Source: Flavobacteriales bacterium (GTDB taxonomy: Bacteria; Bacteroidota; Bacteroidia; Flavobacteriales; Schleiferiaceae). From it: a stretch of 61,488 nucleotides of DNA. The DNA is taken from positions 1 through 61,488 of the forward strand of contig JAYPYZ010000004.1 in NCBI GenBank assembly GCA_038154705.1. The letters run 5' to 3'. How positions within the stretch are numbered: the first letter of the stretch is position 1; every line of letters begins with the position of its first letter. A program made the translations under genes and the position numbers. Below the pieces are notes generated by a model. It made no database searches, was not told where the DNA came from, and worked only from the letters and a program-made list of their open reading frames with translations. Of this stretch, positions 37,718 to 49,016 are shown one piece after another.

Positions 37718-40700
37718 ATGGTAAACCAAGTTACTGCTCCTAAGGAGCGTATCAACTTCTCTTCAACCGCTATTAAGACGGATTTCCCAGATTTCTTGGA
37801 CATCCAGTTGAAGAGCTTTATGGACTTCTTCCAGATTGAGACGAAGCCATCAGAAAGATCTGCGGAAGGTCTTCACCGAGTATTCGCTGAAAACTTCCCT
37901 ATTTCGGATTCACGAAACAATTTTGTTCTTGAATTCCTAGACTACTTTGTGGACCCACCACGCTATTCAGAGCGCGAGTGTATCGAACGTGGTTTGACGT
38001 TCTGTGTCCCCCTCAAAGCAAGACTAAAACTGTACTGTACAGATCCTGAGCACGAGGATTTCGAAACCATCGTCCAGGACGTGTACCTAGGTACTATCCC
38101 ATACATGACTCCACGCGGTACGTTCATCGTGAATGGAGCAGAAAGAATAATTGTAAGCCAGTTGCACCGTTCTCCAGGTGTATTCTTTGGTCAATCGTAC
38201 CACGCGAACGGAACAAAACTTTATTCAGCCCGTATTATTCCGTTTAAAGGATCTTGGATTGAATTCGCTACGGATATCAACCAAGTGATGTACGCCTACA
38301 TTGATCGTAAGAAAAAGCTTCCTGTAACCACGTTGCTACGTGCCATTGGTTACGAGCGCGACAAGGATATCTTGGAGATCTTCGACCTTGCGGAAGAAGT
38401 GAAAGTGAGCAAAGCTTCATTAAAGCGCTCTATCGGTCGCAAGCTGGCGGCGAGAGTTTTGAAAACTTGGATTGAAGATTTCGTAGACGAGGATACTGGT
38501 GAAGTTGTATCTATCGAGCGCAACGAGGTAATTTTGGACCGCGATACCATTCTCGACAAAGAGCACACCGATGAGATCTTGGATGCGGAAGTAAGCATGA
38601 TTCTTCTTCACAAGGAAGATATCGAGTCTTCAGATTTCGCCATCATCCACAACACTCTTCAGAAGGACCCAACAAACACGGAGAAAGAAGCTGTTGAGCA
38701 CATCTACCGTCAGTTGCGTAACGCTGAACCACCAGATGAGGAAACTGCTCGTGGTATCATCGACAAATTGTTCTTCTCTGAGCAACGTTACTCACTAGGT
38801 GAGGTAGGTCGTTACCGTTTGAACAAGAAGTTGTACAACGGTAGTGAAGAGGATTCTCAAGTATTGACGAAGGGTGATATCATTGAAATCATCAAGCGTT
38901 TGATTGAATTGATCAACTCTAAAGCAGAGATTGATGATATCGATCACTTGAGCAACCGTCGTGTACGTACTGTAGGCGAGCAGATGGCCAACCAGTTTGG
39001 TGTAGGTCTAGCCCGTATGGCACGTACGATCCGCGAGCGCATGAACGTTCGTGATAATGAAGTATTTACTCCTATTGATTTGATCAATGCGAAGACCTTG
39101 TCTTCAGTGATCAACTCATTCTTTGGTACGAACCAGCTGAGCCAGTTCATGGACCAGACCAACCCATTGTCTGAGATCACGCACAAGCGTCGTCTTTCTG
39201 CATTGGGACCAGGTGGTCTATCTCGTGAACGTGCAGGTTTCGAGGTTCGTGACGTTCACTACACGCACTACGGCCGTTTGTGTCCTATTGAGACACCAGA
39301 AGGTCCGAACATTGGTTTGATCTCTTCACTTTGTGTCTATGCCAAAGTGAACTCTATGGGATTCATCGAGACTCCTTACCGTCCAGTTGAGGAAGGTAAA
39401 GTAAGTGTTGAGAAAGAACCTATTTATCTAAGTGCAGAGGAAGAAGAAGCAAAGGTTATTGCACAAGCAAACGCACCTATTAGCCCAGACGGTACGTTTA
39501 TCAATGACCGAGTTAAAGTGCGCGAAGAAGGCGATTTCCCAGTTGTGGAGCCTGCGACCATCGATTTGATGGACGTTGCACCTAACCAAATTGCATCGAT
39601 CTCTGCATCTCTTATTCCGTTCCTAGAGCACGATGATGCGAACCGTGCATTGATGGGATCTAACATGATGCGTCAGGCCGTACCACTATTGCGTCCTGAA
39701 GCACCTATTGTAGGTACCGGATTGGAGCGTCAAGTTGCTTCAGATTCTCGTGTTTTGATCAACGCGGAAGGAGAAGGATCAGTAGAATATGTTGATTCTA
39801 AGTCTATCAAAATTCGCTACGACCGTTCAGAAGAAGAGCGTGAGGTGAGTTTCGAAGAGGATGTTAAGACCTATGATTTGGTCAAATTCCAGAAGACAAA
39901 CCAAGGAACAACTATCAACCTCAAGCCAATCGTTAAGACAGGCGATCGCGTAAGCACCGGTCAGGTACTTTGTGAAGGTTATGCGACTCAACAAGGTGAA
40001 TTGGCCTTGGGACGCAACATGTTGGTATCGTTCATGCCTTGGAAGGGATACAACTTTGAGGATGCGATCGTAATCTCGGAGCGTGTAGTTCGTGAAGACA
40101 TCTTTACTTCTCTACACATCGATGAGTATTCATTGGAAGTTCGTGATACGAAATTGGGTACAGAGGAATTGACCGCTGATATTCCAAACGTAAGCGAAGA
40201 AGCTACGAAAGACCTCGATGAAAACGGTATCATCCGCGTAGGTGCTGAAATTAAGCCAGGTGATATCCTCATCGGTAAGATTACACCTAAAGGAGAGAGT
40301 GATCCTTCACCGGAAGAGAAACTTCTCCGTGCCATCTTCGGTGATAAGGCCGGTGATGTGAAGGATGCTTCTTTGAAAGCATCTCCATCTTTGAGTGGTG
40401 TGGTGATCGACAAGAAGTTGTTTACTCGTTTGGTAAAAGACAAGCGTCAACGTGCAGAGGACAAAGAAGAAATCGCACAACTAGACCTAGAAATGGAAGC
40501 CGAATTGGCCGAGTTGAAAGGTGTGTTCGTTTCTAAGTTGTCAAACTTGGTCAGTGGTAAAACGAGCCAAGGTGTAATGAATGACTTGAACGAAGATGTA
40601 ATTCCGAAAGGAACGAAGTTTACGTTGAAGGCGTTGAACGCTATCGAAGATTACAGCCGTATTGTAGGTGGTAAATGGACCACAGATGATGACCGTAACG

Positions 40701-41536
40701 ACAAGATCGATACGTTGATTCACAACTACAAGATCAAGGTAAATGATATTCAAGGTGCATACCGTCGTAAGCGCTTCGCCATCACAGTAGGTGATGAGCT
40801 TCCAGCGGGTATCATGAAACTAGCCAAGGTTTATATCGCTAAGAAGCGTAAGCTGAAAGTAGGTGATAAGATGGCAGGTCGTCACGGTAATAAGGGTATT
40901 GTAGCTCGTATTGTACGTGATGAGGATATGCCGTTCTTGGAAGATGGAACTCCAGTGGACATTGTGTTGAACCCTCTCGGTGTACCTTCTCGTATGAACA
41001 TTGGTCAGATCTATGAAACAGTATTGGGATGGGCAGGTAGAAAGCTTGATAAGAAGTTTGCTACGCCAATTTTCGATGGTGCTTCATTGGATGATATTTC
41101 AAGCTATGTATCAGAGGCTGGCTTGCCAGAATTTGGTCATACACAATTGTACGACGGTGGAACAGGTGAGCCATTCGATCAGAAAGCGACAGTAGGTATT
41201 ATTTACATGCTGAAGCTGGGCCACATGGTGGATGATAAGATGCATGCTCGTTCTATTGGTCCTTACTCATTGATTACACAACAACCATTGGGTGGTAAAG
41301 CTCAGTTCGGTGGTCAGCGTTTCGGTGAGATGGAGGTTTGGGCATTGGAAGCCTTTGGTGCTGCCAATATCCTACGTGAAATCTTGACTGTGAAGTCTGA
41401 TGATGTTGTAGGTCGTGCGAAGACTTACGAGAGCATCGTTAAAGGTGAGCGTATGCCTCAACCAGGTATTCCTGAATCGTTCAACGTATTGTTGCACGAA
41501 TTGAAAGGATTGGGACTAAAAGTAACGTTGGACTAA
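37718..41536 (+). CDS. rpoB: DNA-directed RNA polymerase subunit beta
   Basis: 1272 aa, unmistakable RpoB sequence. Confidence 0.99.
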   Translation: MVNQVTAPKERINFSSTAIKTDFPDFLDIQLKSFMDFFQIETKPSERSAEGLHRVFAENFPISDSRNNFVLEFLDYFVDPPRYSERECIERGLTFCVPLKARLKLYCTDPEHEDFETIVQDVYLGTIPYMTPRGTFIVNGAERIIVSQLHRSPGVFFGQSYHANGTKLYSARIIPFKGSWIEFATDINQVMYAYIDRKKKLPVTTLLRAIGYERDKDILEIFDLAEEVKVSKASLKRSIGRKLAARVLKTWIEDFVDEDTGEVVSIERNEVILDRDTILDKEHTDEILDAEVSMILLHKEDIESSDFAIIHNTLQKDPTNTEKEAVEHIYRQLRNAEPPDEETARGIIDKLFFSEQRYSLGEVGRYRLNKKLYNGSEEDSQVLTKGDIIEIIKRLIELINSKAEIDDIDHLSNRRVRTVGEQMANQFGVGLARMARTIRERMNVRDNEVFTPIDLINAKTLSSVINSFFGTNQLSQFMDQTNPLSEITHKRRLSALGPGGLSRERAGFEVRDVHYTHYGRLCPIETPEGPNIGLISSLCVYAKVNSMGFIETPYRPVEEGKVSVEKEPIYLSAEEEEAKVIAQANAPISPDGTFINDRVKVREEGDFPVVEPATIDLMDVAPNQIASISASLIPFLEHDDANRALMGSNMMRQAVPLLRPEAPIVGTGLERQVASDSRVLINAEGEGSVEYVDSKSIKIRYDRSEEEREVSFEEDVKTYDLVKFQKTNQGTTINLKPIVKTGDRVSTGQVLCEGYATQQGELALGRNMLVSFMPWKGYNFEDAIVISERVVREDIFTSLHIDEYSLEVRDTKLGTEELTADIPNVSEEATKDLDENGIIRVGAEIKPGDILIGKITPKGESDPSPEEKLLRAIFGDKAGDVKDASLKASPSLSGVVIDKKLFTRLVKDKRQRAEDKEEIAQLDLEMEAELAELKGVFVSKLSNLVSGKTSQGVMNDLNEDVIPKGTKFTLKALNAIEDYSRIVGGKWTTDDDRNDKIDTLIHNYKIKVNDIQGAYRRKRFAITVGDELPAGIMKLAKVYIAKKRKLKVGDKMAGRHGNKGIVARIVRDEDMPFLEDGTPVDIVLNPLGVPSRMNIGQIYETVLGWAGRKLDKKFATPIFDGASLDDISSYVSEAGLPEFGHTQLYDGGTGEPFDQKATVGIIYMLKLGHMVDDKMHARSIGPYSLITQQPLGGKAQFGGQRFGEMEVWALEAFGAANILREILTVKSDDVVGRAKTYESIVKGERMPQPGIPESFNVLLHELKGLGLKVTLD

Positions 41537-41549
41537 TACATGAATAATC

Positions 41550-41575
41550 CCCAAGGTCTTCGGGCCTTGGGTTTT
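41550..41575 (+). promoter_or_regulatory. UUCG-tetraloop hairpin plus U4 between rpoB and rpoC
   Basis: cccaaggtc-ttcg-ggccttggg (9 bp, one G-U) followed by tttt. Lies 14 nt before the rpoC ATG. Confidence 0.5.
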
Positions 41576-41589
41576 AATACAATCGCATT

Positions 41590-44500
41590 ATGGCTCTTAG
41601 AAAAAGCGATAAAAACACAAACAGCGCATTCAACAAGATTACGATCTCGTTGAGCGCACCAGAAACCATCCTTGAAAACAGTCACGGAGAGGTTTTGAAA
41701 CCAGAAACAATCAACTACCGTACGCACAAACCTGAGCGTGATGGTCTCTTCTGTGAGCGCATTTTCGGTCCTGTTAAGGATTACGAATGTGCTTGTGGTA
41801 AGTACAAGCGTATCCGTTACAAGGGTATTGTTTGTGACCGTTGTGGTGTCGAGGTGACTGAAAAGAAAGTACGTCGTGACCGCGTAGGACACATCTCTTT
41901 GGTGGTTCCTGTTGTTCACATTTGGTACTTCCGTTCCTTGCCAAACAAAATTGGTTACCTATTAGGGCTTCCTTCTAAGAAGCTTGATATGATTATCTAC
42001 TACGAGCGTTACGTGGTTATTCAAGCAGGTAATGCGGTAGATAATGAAGGGAATCCGCTCACGCACATGCAGTTCTTGACAGAGGATGAGTATTTGGATG
42101 CGTTGGAACGTTTGCCAATCGAAAATCAATACTTGGAGGATAGCGATCCTAACAAGTTCATCGCGAAAATGGGTGCGGAAGCAGTTCAAGCGCTTTTGGG
42201 CCAATTGGACCTAGATTCTCTATCCTACGAATTGCGCCACAAGGCCAATACAGAGACTTCTCAGCAGCGTAAGCAAGAGGCTTTGAAGCGCTTGTCAGTA
42301 GTGGAGAGCTTGCGCGATGCAAACTCACGTATTGAGAACAACCCAGAGTGGATGGTCATGAGTGTGATCCCGGTGATCCCGCCAGAATTGCGTCCATTGG
42401 TACCGCTAGACGGTGGTCGCTTTGCGACTTCAGATTTGAACGATCTATACCGTCGTGTAATCATCCGTAACAATCGCTTGAAGCGTCTTCTTGAAATCAA
42501 GGCACCAGAGGTGATCTTGAGAAACGAAAAGCGTATGCTTCAAGAATCAGTAGATAGCTTGTTCGATAACACGCGCAAGTCGTCTGCGGTTAAGACTGAG
42601 AGCAACCGTCCTTTGAAATCACTTTCAGATTCATTGAAAGGTAAGCAAGGTCGTTTCCGTCAGAACCTATTGGGTAAGCGTGTGGATTACTCGGCTCGTT
42701 CGGTAATCGTCGTTGGCCCAGAATTGAAACTACACGAATGTGGTCTTCCTAAGAACATGGCTGCAGAGCTTTACAAGCCGTTCATCGTACGTAAGTTGAT
42801 CGAGCGTGGTATTGTGAAGACTGTGAAATCAGGTAAGAAGATCATCGATCGTCGCGACCCAGTGGTTTGGGATATCCTAGAAAACGTGATGAAAGGTCAT
42901 CCGGTACTGTTGAACCGTGCACCGACACTTCACCGTTTGGGTATCCAAGCATTCCAGCCGAAGCTTATCGAGGGTAAAGCAATCCAATTGCACCCGCTAG
43001 CATGTACGGCATTTAACGCGGATTTCGATGGTGACCAGATGGCGGTTCATTTGCCTTTAGGGCCAGCAGCTATTTTGGAAGCTCAAATCCTCATGTTGGC
43101 GTCGCACAACATTTTGAATCCAGCAAACGGTTCTCCTATTCAGGTTCCTTCACAGGATATGGTTTTGGGTCTGTACTACATGACCAAGCCAATGAAGAAT
43201 ACAGCTGAAATGCCAGTTCGTGGTGAAGGCATGGTATTCTACTCTCCTGAAGAGGTTGAAATCGCGTTGAATGAAGGTGCAGTGGATCTTCACGCCTTGA
43301 TCAAAATCAAAGGCCGCGTAGAGCAAGAAGATGGATTTATGAAAATGGAATTCATCGAGACGACAGTTGGTCGTGTATTGTTCAACCAAGCAGTTCCAGC
43401 TCAAGTACCATTCATCAACGAGGTATTGACGAAGAAAGCGTTGCGTGGAATTATTGCGAACGTCTTGAAGAAGACAGATGTTCCTACGACAGCGAAGTTC
43501 TTGGATGATATTAAATCTATGGGTTACGGCCGTGCATTCCGCGGTGGTCTATCGTTCTCTTTGAATGATATCCGTATTCCAGATGCGAAGGCAACATTGA
43601 TTGCAGAAGCTTCAGAAGAAGTGGATGGCATTTTTGCTTCGTACAACATGGGTCTTATCACCAACAACGAACGATATAACCAAGTAATTGACGTTTGGAC
43701 CAACACCAACGCACGCTTGACACAAGCTGCGATGAGTACGTTGATCAACGACCGTCAAGGTTTTAACCCTATTTACATGATGCTTGATTCTGGAGCACGT
43801 GGTTCTAAAGAGCAGATTCGTCAGCTTTCTGGTATGCGTGGTTTGATGGCCAAGCCTCAGAAATCAGGTTCTTCAGGTGGTGAGATTATCGAGAACCCTA
43901 TTATCTCGAACTTCAAGGAAGGTCTATCCATCCTTGAGTACTTTATCTCGACACACGGTGCACGTAAAGGTCTTGCGGATACGGCATTGAAAACGGCCGA
44001 TGCGGGTTACTTGACTCGTCGTCTGCATGATGTAGCACAAGATGTTGTCGTAAATGAGGACGATTGTGGTACACTGCGTGGTCTCGAGGTGAGCGCATTG
44101 AAGAAGAGTGAAGAGATCGTTGAGTCGCTAGCAGAGCGTATCATTGGTCGCGTTTCTTTGGAAGATGTTGTCGATCCGTTGACAGATGAAGTATATGTCG
44201 CTGCCGGTGAGTTAATCACTGAAGATATCGCAAACCGTATCGATGCTTCTCCTATTGAGGTAGTAGAAGTTCGTTCACCACTTACTTGTGGTAGCAAGCG
44301 CGGTATTTGTGCGAAATGTTACGGTACCAACCTGGCTACGAACAAGATGGCACAGATGGGTGATAGTGCAGGTGTAATTGCTGCACAATCGATCGGTGAG
44401 CCTGGTACACAGTTGACACTACGTACCTTCCACGTTGGTGGTACTGCAGGTAACGTATCTGAGGAGAACAAGATCCTAGCGAAGTTTGACGGTAAAGTTG

Positions 44501-45879
44501 AACTAGAGGATGTTCGTACAGTAGAAGGCGAGAACGGTGAGAACATCGTAATTGGCCGTACTGGAGAGATGCGTTTGATCGACGTGAAGACTGGTCGTAC
44601 TGTAATGACCAACAACATTCCTTACGGTGGTATCTTGAAAGTGAAAGACGGTGCGAAGCTTAAGAAAGGCGACGAAATCGTTCAATGGGATCCATACAAC
44701 GCTGTAATCATTGCTGAGACAGCGGGTAAGATTGCTTATAAGGACATCATCCAAGGTACTACCTACAAAGTGGAGATTGACGAGCAAACAGGTTTCCAGG
44801 ATAAAGTGATTTCTGAAAACCGTAACCGTAAGTTGATTCCTACCATCCAAGTAATGGATACTGATGGCAACGAGTTGAAACACTACACATTGCCAGTAGG
44901 TGCTCACTTGATGGTAGAAGAAGGTGAAGAGATTGCAGCAGGTAAGATTCTTGTGAAGATCGCTCGTAAGAGTGCGAAGGCAGGGGATATTACCGGTGGT
45001 CTTCCACGTGTAACGGAATTGTTCGAAGCTCGTAACCCATCGAACCCAGCAGTTGTTGCTGCGATCGACGGTATCGTGAGCTATGGTAAGATCAAGCGTG
45101 GTAACCGTGAGATCATCATCGAAAGCCGTACTGGTGAAGTGAAGAAGTACTTGATCAACTTGAGCAAGCAGATCCTGGTTCAGGAGAATGACTTTGTGAA
45201 AGCGGGTACGCCACTTTCAGACGGTTCGATCACTCCAGCGGATATCTTGAATATCAAAGGTCCTACTGCGGTTCAAGCCTACTTGGTAAATGAAATCCAA
45301 GAGGTATACCGTTTGCAAGGGGTGAAAATCAACGATAAGCACTTCGAGGTGATTGTTCGTCAGATGATGCGTAAGGTTCAAATTCAAGATCCGGGAGATA
45401 CCTTGTTCTTGGAAGGTAACCTAGAGCACGCTGTAGACTTCATGGAAGAAAACGACAGAATCTTTGGAATGAAGGTCGTAGAGAATGCAGGGGAGAGCAG
45501 CAACTTGAAAGAGGGGCAAATCATCACTGCTCGTGATCTACGCGACGAAAACAGCATCTTGACCCGTGAGGACAAGGCGTTGGTAGAAGCGCGTGAAGCA
45601 CGTCCAGCTACAGCTTCACCAGTGCTTCAAGGTATTACTCGTGCTTCATTGCAGACGAAATCATTCATCTCTGCGGCATCGTTCCAGGAAACGACCAAGG
45701 TATTGAACGAAGCGGCTGTAAACGCTAAAGAGGATACTCTAGAAGGTTTGAAAGAAAACGTTATTGTAGGTCACTTGATCCCTGCAGGTACAGGTTTGAA
45801 GAAATACCGCGCTACAGTGGTAGGTTCTCAAGAAGAGTACGAGAAGATGCAGGAAACAATGGCTGCTGACGTAGAATAA
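41590..45879 (+). CDS. rpoC: DNA-directed RNA polymerase subunit beta'
   Basis: 1429 aa, NADFDGDQM catalytic motif. Confidence 0.99.
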   Translation: MALRKSDKNTNSAFNKITISLSAPETILENSHGEVLKPETINYRTHKPERDGLFCERIFGPVKDYECACGKYKRIRYKGIVCDRCGVEVTEKKVRRDRVGHISLVVPVVHIWYFRSLPNKIGYLLGLPSKKLDMIIYYERYVVIQAGNAVDNEGNPLTHMQFLTEDEYLDALERLPIENQYLEDSDPNKFIAKMGAEAVQALLGQLDLDSLSYELRHKANTETSQQRKQEALKRLSVVESLRDANSRIENNPEWMVMSVIPVIPPELRPLVPLDGGRFATSDLNDLYRRVIIRNNRLKRLLEIKAPEVILRNEKRMLQESVDSLFDNTRKSSAVKTESNRPLKSLSDSLKGKQGRFRQNLLGKRVDYSARSVIVVGPELKLHECGLPKNMAAELYKPFIVRKLIERGIVKTVKSGKKIIDRRDPVVWDILENVMKGHPVLLNRAPTLHRLGIQAFQPKLIEGKAIQLHPLACTAFNADFDGDQMAVHLPLGPAAILEAQILMLASHNILNPANGSPIQVPSQDMVLGLYYMTKPMKNTAEMPVRGEGMVFYSPEEVEIALNEGAVDLHALIKIKGRVEQEDGFMKMEFIETTVGRVLFNQAVPAQVPFINEVLTKKALRGIIANVLKKTDVPTTAKFLDDIKSMGYGRAFRGGLSFSLNDIRIPDAKATLIAEASEEVDGIFASYNMGLITNNERYNQVIDVWTNTNARLTQAAMSTLINDRQGFNPIYMMLDSGARGSKEQIRQLSGMRGLMAKPQKSGSSGGEIIENPIISNFKEGLSILEYFISTHGARKGLADTALKTADAGYLTRRLHDVAQDVVVNEDDCGTLRGLEVSALKKSEEIVESLAERIIGRVSLEDVVDPLTDEVYVAAGELITEDIANRIDASPIEVVEVRSPLTCGSKRGICAKCYGTNLATNKMAQMGDSAGVIAAQSIGEPGTQLTLRTFHVGGTAGNVSEENKILAKFDGKVELEDVRTVEGENGENIVIGRTGEMRLIDVKTGRTVMTNNIPYGGILKVKDGAKLKKGDEIVQWDPYNAVIIAETAGKIAYKDIIQGTTYKVEIDEQTGFQDKVISENRNRKLIPTIQVMDTDGNELKHYTLPVGAHLMVEEGEEIAAGKILVKIARKSAKAGDITGGLPRVTELFEARNPSNPAVVAAIDGIVSYGKIKRGNREIIIESRTGEVKKYLINLSKQILVQENDFVKAGTPLSDGSITPADILNIKGPTAVQAYLVNEIQEVYRLQGVKINDKHFEVIVRQMMRKVQIQDPGDTLFLEGNLEHAVDFMEENDRIFGMKVVENAGESSNLKEGQIITARDLRDENSILTREDKALVEAREARPATASPVLQGITRASLQTKSFISAASFQETTKVLNEAAVNAKEDTLEGLKENVIVGHLIPAGTGLKKYRATVVGSQEEYEKMQETMAADVE

Positions 45880-45886
45880 TTGAGCA

Positions 45887-46201
45887 ATGGCTGAGCAGAA
45901 TAACGAACAACAACAAATCAACATTGAGTTGAGCGAAGAAATGGCACAAGGTGTGTACAGCAACTTGGTCGCCATTAATCACAGCCCTACGGAGTTTGTG
46001 TTGGACTTTATTCAAATGATGCCAGGCGTTCCGAAAGCGAAAGTTCAGTCGCGAGTGATTCTAACCCCAGAGCATGCGAAGCGTTTGCTTCAGGCATTGG
46101 GAGAGAATGTGGCGAGATACGAGCAGAACTTTGGGAATGTACAGACCCATGAGCCACCACAAGTTCCATTGAACTTTGGCGGACCTACAGGTCAAGCTTA
46201 A
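45887..46201 (+). CDS. DUF3467 domain protein
   Basis: 104 aa with YSNLVAINHSPTEFVLDF core. Lies 7 nt after rpoC, an arrangement I recall as common in Bacteroidota. Confidence 0.7.
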   Translation: MAEQNNEQQQINIELSEEMAQGVYSNLVAINHSPTEFVLDFIQMMPGVPKAKVQSRVILTPEHAKRLLQALGENVARYEQNFGNVQTHEPPQVPLNFGGPTGQA

Positions 46202-46220
46202 GAATATTGACTGAAATATG

Positions 46221-46249
46221 AACCCTCGGCCTAGGTCGAGGGTTTTTTT
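46221..46249 (+). terminator. Rho-independent terminator ending the rpoBC-DUF3467 unit
   Basis: aaccctcg-gcctaggt-cgagggtt followed by a T-run. Confidence 0.8.
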
Positions 46250-46262
46250 ATTTTAGGATGTA

Positions 46263-47567
46263 ATGAGAATGATGAAGAATTGGATCGTAGGTGTGATGTT
46301 ACTGGGCACAGTGATATCATATGGACAGATTTATCAGGGGTCGACACAGCTGGGGACTTCTATGAGTTTGGATATTACTTTGAATACCAACACGGATAGT
46401 GTGAGTATGGAATTCAGCGGTCCTTCAAGCGGTTATTATGCTGTGGGTTTTGGAGGTACGGGCATGACCAATACTTATACCGTAGTGGTAAACTCAAATG
46501 GCACCGTACAGGAGCGCAAGCTGGGCAATCATCAAGGCGGCAATGTGCTCAGCGCTTCAGTTGCGTATAATGCCGTGGTGGCTGGTGGTGTGAGAACGGC
46601 CTATATCGAACGTGCTAGGGCAGGTGCCTCGGGGAATCATTATACGTTCTCCTCGAACGGTGGGGCCATAAATCTTATTTGGGCCAAGGGGGGAACTAGT
46701 TTTGGGAATCATGGAGGATCGAACAGAGGATTTGCCAGCATTAACTTAGTGGATCAATGCAATATCCCAAATACCGTGCTCGCGGCACAGAATATTTGTC
46801 AGGGCGATAGTGTTCAGGTGTTTGGGGAATGGATCAAACAATCGGGCATATACTACGATTCGCTATCCACACCACTTGGATGTGATTCCATAGTGGAACA
46901 GCAGGTGCTCGTGAATAACACCATAAATAATACCATTGCCTCCACAGGCTTGTGTGCCGGTGATAGCATATTTTATCTAGATGCGTGGCGCACCGATACC
47001 GGTACAGTTGTCTACAACGGTGTGACGGCAGCAGGATGTGATTCAATAGTGACCGGAAGGGTAGAGTACCTGCCCACGGTGGATACGGGATCTATTTGGG
47101 TAGCACCCTATATTGATGCAAGTTTCTATGTTGGATTGGATACAGGCGCCACCTATTACTGGTTCAACTGTAATACAGGTGTTTTTGTCGATACGACAAT
47201 GGGTGCGGATACGCTTAATCCAGGCAATGAATTTTTGCAGGCTCCAGATACAGGATTTTATGCTGCAATTATCGTGAAGCCAGGGTATTGTTCCGATACC
47301 TCGGCCTGTTACTATTTCTATATGGGGGTCCCGGAATACAACTATGGGATTTCATTACGCCCCAATCCTACGCAGAAGGACCTGGAGATAAAGGTGGATA
47401 ATTTTACCTCACCTATCGGCTACCAGTTGCTAAGTGTTTCAGGAAGAGTATTAGAAACAGGGCTTTTAAGGTCCAATTCTACACTGCTCGACGTGCGACA
47501 TTATGCGGCGGGGATGTACCTGCTGCGATTGGACGACGGTCGAACTATGAAGTGGATTAAGGAATAA
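46263..47567 (+). CDS. Secreted protein: DOMON-like domain + duplicated Cys motif module + T9SS C-terminal sorting domain
   Basis: Signal peptide. DOMON-like SMEFSGPSSGYYAVGFGGTGM...INLIWAKGG. Two about 40-aa repeats CxGDS...GCDSIV. C-terminus LRPNPTQKDLEI...GMYLLRLDDG. Confidence 0.7.
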   Translation: MRMMKNWIVGVMLLGTVISYGQIYQGSTQLGTSMSLDITLNTNTDSVSMEFSGPSSGYYAVGFGGTGMTNTYTVVVNSNGTVQERKLGNHQGGNVLSASVAYNAVVAGGVRTAYIERARAGASGNHYTFSSNGGAINLIWAKGGTSFGNHGGSNRGFASINLVDQCNIPNTVLAAQNICQGDSVQVFGEWIKQSGIYYDSLSTPLGCDSIVEQQVLVNNTINNTIASTGLCAGDSIFYLDAWRTDTGTVVYNGVTAAGCDSIVTGRVEYLPTVDTGSIWVAPYIDASFYVGLDTGATYYWFNCNTGVFVDTTMGADTLNPGNEFLQAPDTGFYAAIIVKPGYCSDTSACYYFYMGVPEYNYGISLRPNPTQKDLEIKVDNFTSPIGYQLLSVSGRVLETGLLRSNSTLLDVRHYAAGMYLLRLDDGRTMKWIKE

Positions 47568-47595
47568 AAAAGGCGCCCCTCGGGGCGCCTTTTTT
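47566..47595. terminator. Bidirectional terminator (A6-hairpin-T6)
   Basis: aaaaaa-ggcgcccctcggggcgcc-tttttt: palindromic GC stem flanked by A and T runs. Serves the convergent + and - units. Confidence 0.85.
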
Positions 47596-47602
47596 CAAAT
47601 GC

Positions 47603-47719
47603 TTATTTCGCGGCGGGCTTGATCCTAAGGGTGAACAGTGCTGCCAAGAGCAATAACACGCCTGCAAAGGTAATGGCCTGCCTTGGGTCGTTGTACAAGG
47701 GTTTTTCTAGATGTACCAT
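47603..47719 (-). CDS. Candidate 38-aa hydrophobic micro-protein
   Basis: Hand translation MVHLEKPLYNDPRQAITFAGVLLLLAALFTLRIKPAAK. Fills the gap between the aminotransferase stop (47728) and the terminator (47595). No homology evidence. Confidence 0.3.
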   Translation of the reverse strand: MVHLEKPLYNDPRQAITFAGVLLLLAALFTLRIKPAAK

Positions 47720-47727
47720 AGAAGTCT

Positions 47728-48915
47728 TTAGACCGTATCTAAAGCTTCTATGATGGTTTGAAGTCCTTGGTCCAATTCTTCCAGAGAGATCGGAAGCGGG
47801 GGAGAGATGCGTACGGCATTGCCGGCGAACAGGAAGTAATCGGAAATCACCCCGTGCTCCTCCAAATAAGCAATGACCTTTCCAGCATCGGCGCTATCGT
47901 CCAAATGCACGCAATACATGAGTCCTTTTCCGGTAAGCGCTTTGATTTTTGGATGGTCCAATTTTCTTTCGATCAACGCCGACTTCTCTGCCATCTCTGC
48001 CATCCACTGAGGGTTGGATTCGATCACCTCAAAGGCCGCCAAGCTCGCTGCGCAACTCACGGGATGTCCGCCAAAGGTGGTGATGTGTCCTAAAATGGGA
48101 TTTGCTTTGATCACGTCCATGATGTGCTTAGGCGCGATAAAAGCGCCCAAGGGCATGCCGCCGCCAAAACCCTTGGCCAAGCAAAGGATGTCAGGAACAA
48201 TATCGTACTGCTCAAAGGCGAACCAGGTACCCGTGCGCCCCATGCCTGTTTGAATTTCATCCAAGATGAGCAAGGCGCCCATTTTTGTACAGCGCGCTCT
48301 CAAGGTCTGCAACCAAATAGGGTTGGCGGGAAAATATCCGGATTCGGCTTGCACCGCCTCGACCACTACAGCCGCGGTTTTTGGACCAATGTTCTTCAGG
48401 TCGTCAAAGTTGTTGTAGCGCATCAGGTGCGTGTCCGGCAACAACGGATAATACCCCTGTTTAAATTCTTCCGAACCTTGAATGCTCAAAGCCCCATGTG
48501 TAGAGCCGTGGTAACTGTGCTCACAACTGATTAGCCCGGTGCGCCCCGTGAACTTCTTTGCCACCTTAAGTGCGCCTTCGATGGCTTCTGCACCGCTATT
48601 TCCGAAATACACACTTCCAAAGGAGGGTGGTAATTTCGAAAGTACTTTTTGGGCCAATTTCGCTTGCAAGGTCACCGCAAATTCACCGTACACCTGCAGG
48701 TGCATGTGTTTAGCAGCTTGTGCCTGTACGGCTTGTACGATGTGAGGATGGCTGTGCCCGACATTACTAACGCTAATGCCCGAAATCAGATCTAGGTATG
48801 CTTTCCCATCCGGCCCATATAGATATACGCCTTCGGCACGCTCGATTTCGAGGCCGGAGGGCTGGTCTACCACTTGGGCAACGTTGGATAGAAAGAGTTC
48901 GCGGATGCTCGCCAT
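47728..48915 (-). CDS. Class III (acetylornithine/GABA-type) PLP aminotransferase
   Basis: LILDEIQTGMGRTG and CLAKGFGGGMPLGA (PLP lysine); 395 aa. Confidence 0.85.
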   Translation of the reverse strand: MASIRELFLSNVAQVVDQPSGLEIERAEGVYLYGPDGKAYLDLISGISVSNVGHSHPHIVQAVQAQAAKHMHLQVYGEFAVTLQAKLAQKVLSKLPPSFGSVYFGNSGAEAIEGALKVAKKFTGRTGLISCEHSYHGSTHGALSIQGSEEFKQGYYPLLPDTHLMRYNNFDDLKNIGPKTAAVVVEAVQAESGYFPANPIWLQTLRARCTKMGALLILDEIQTGMGRTGTWFAFEQYDIVPDILCLAKGFGGGMPLGAFIAPKHIMDVIKANPILGHITTFGGHPVSCAASLAAFEVIESNPQWMAEMAEKSALIERKLDHPKIKALTGKGLMYCVHLDDSADAGKVIAYLEEHGVISDYFLFAGNAVRISPPLPISLEELDQGLQTIIEALDTV

Positions 48916-48919
48916 GTTG

Positions 48920-48927
48920 CGAAGATA
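48920..48927 (-). promoter_or_regulatory. Near-consensus -7 box TAtcTTcG, 4 nt before the aminotransferase ATG
   Basis: Reverse complement of cgaagata, one mismatch to TAnnTTTG. Same box-to-ATG spacing as purM. Confidence 0.3.
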
Positions 48928-48944
48928 GGGAAGGGTGCGCCAAT

Positions 48945-48983
48945 TTTGAGCTAAAAGAAACGGGCAACGCTAAGCGCCGCCCG
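48945..48983 (-). terminator. Strand-specific terminator after the sigma/anti-sigma/Spy-like operon
   Basis: On the minus strand cgggcggcgc-tta-gcgttgcccg pairs as 10 bp with two G-U pairs, followed by tttctttt. On the plus strand the same positions would be A-C mismatches. Confidence 0.65.
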
Positions 48984-49016
48984 CATTAATAATAGGCTTG
49001 GGAGGTTTAGGTCATG

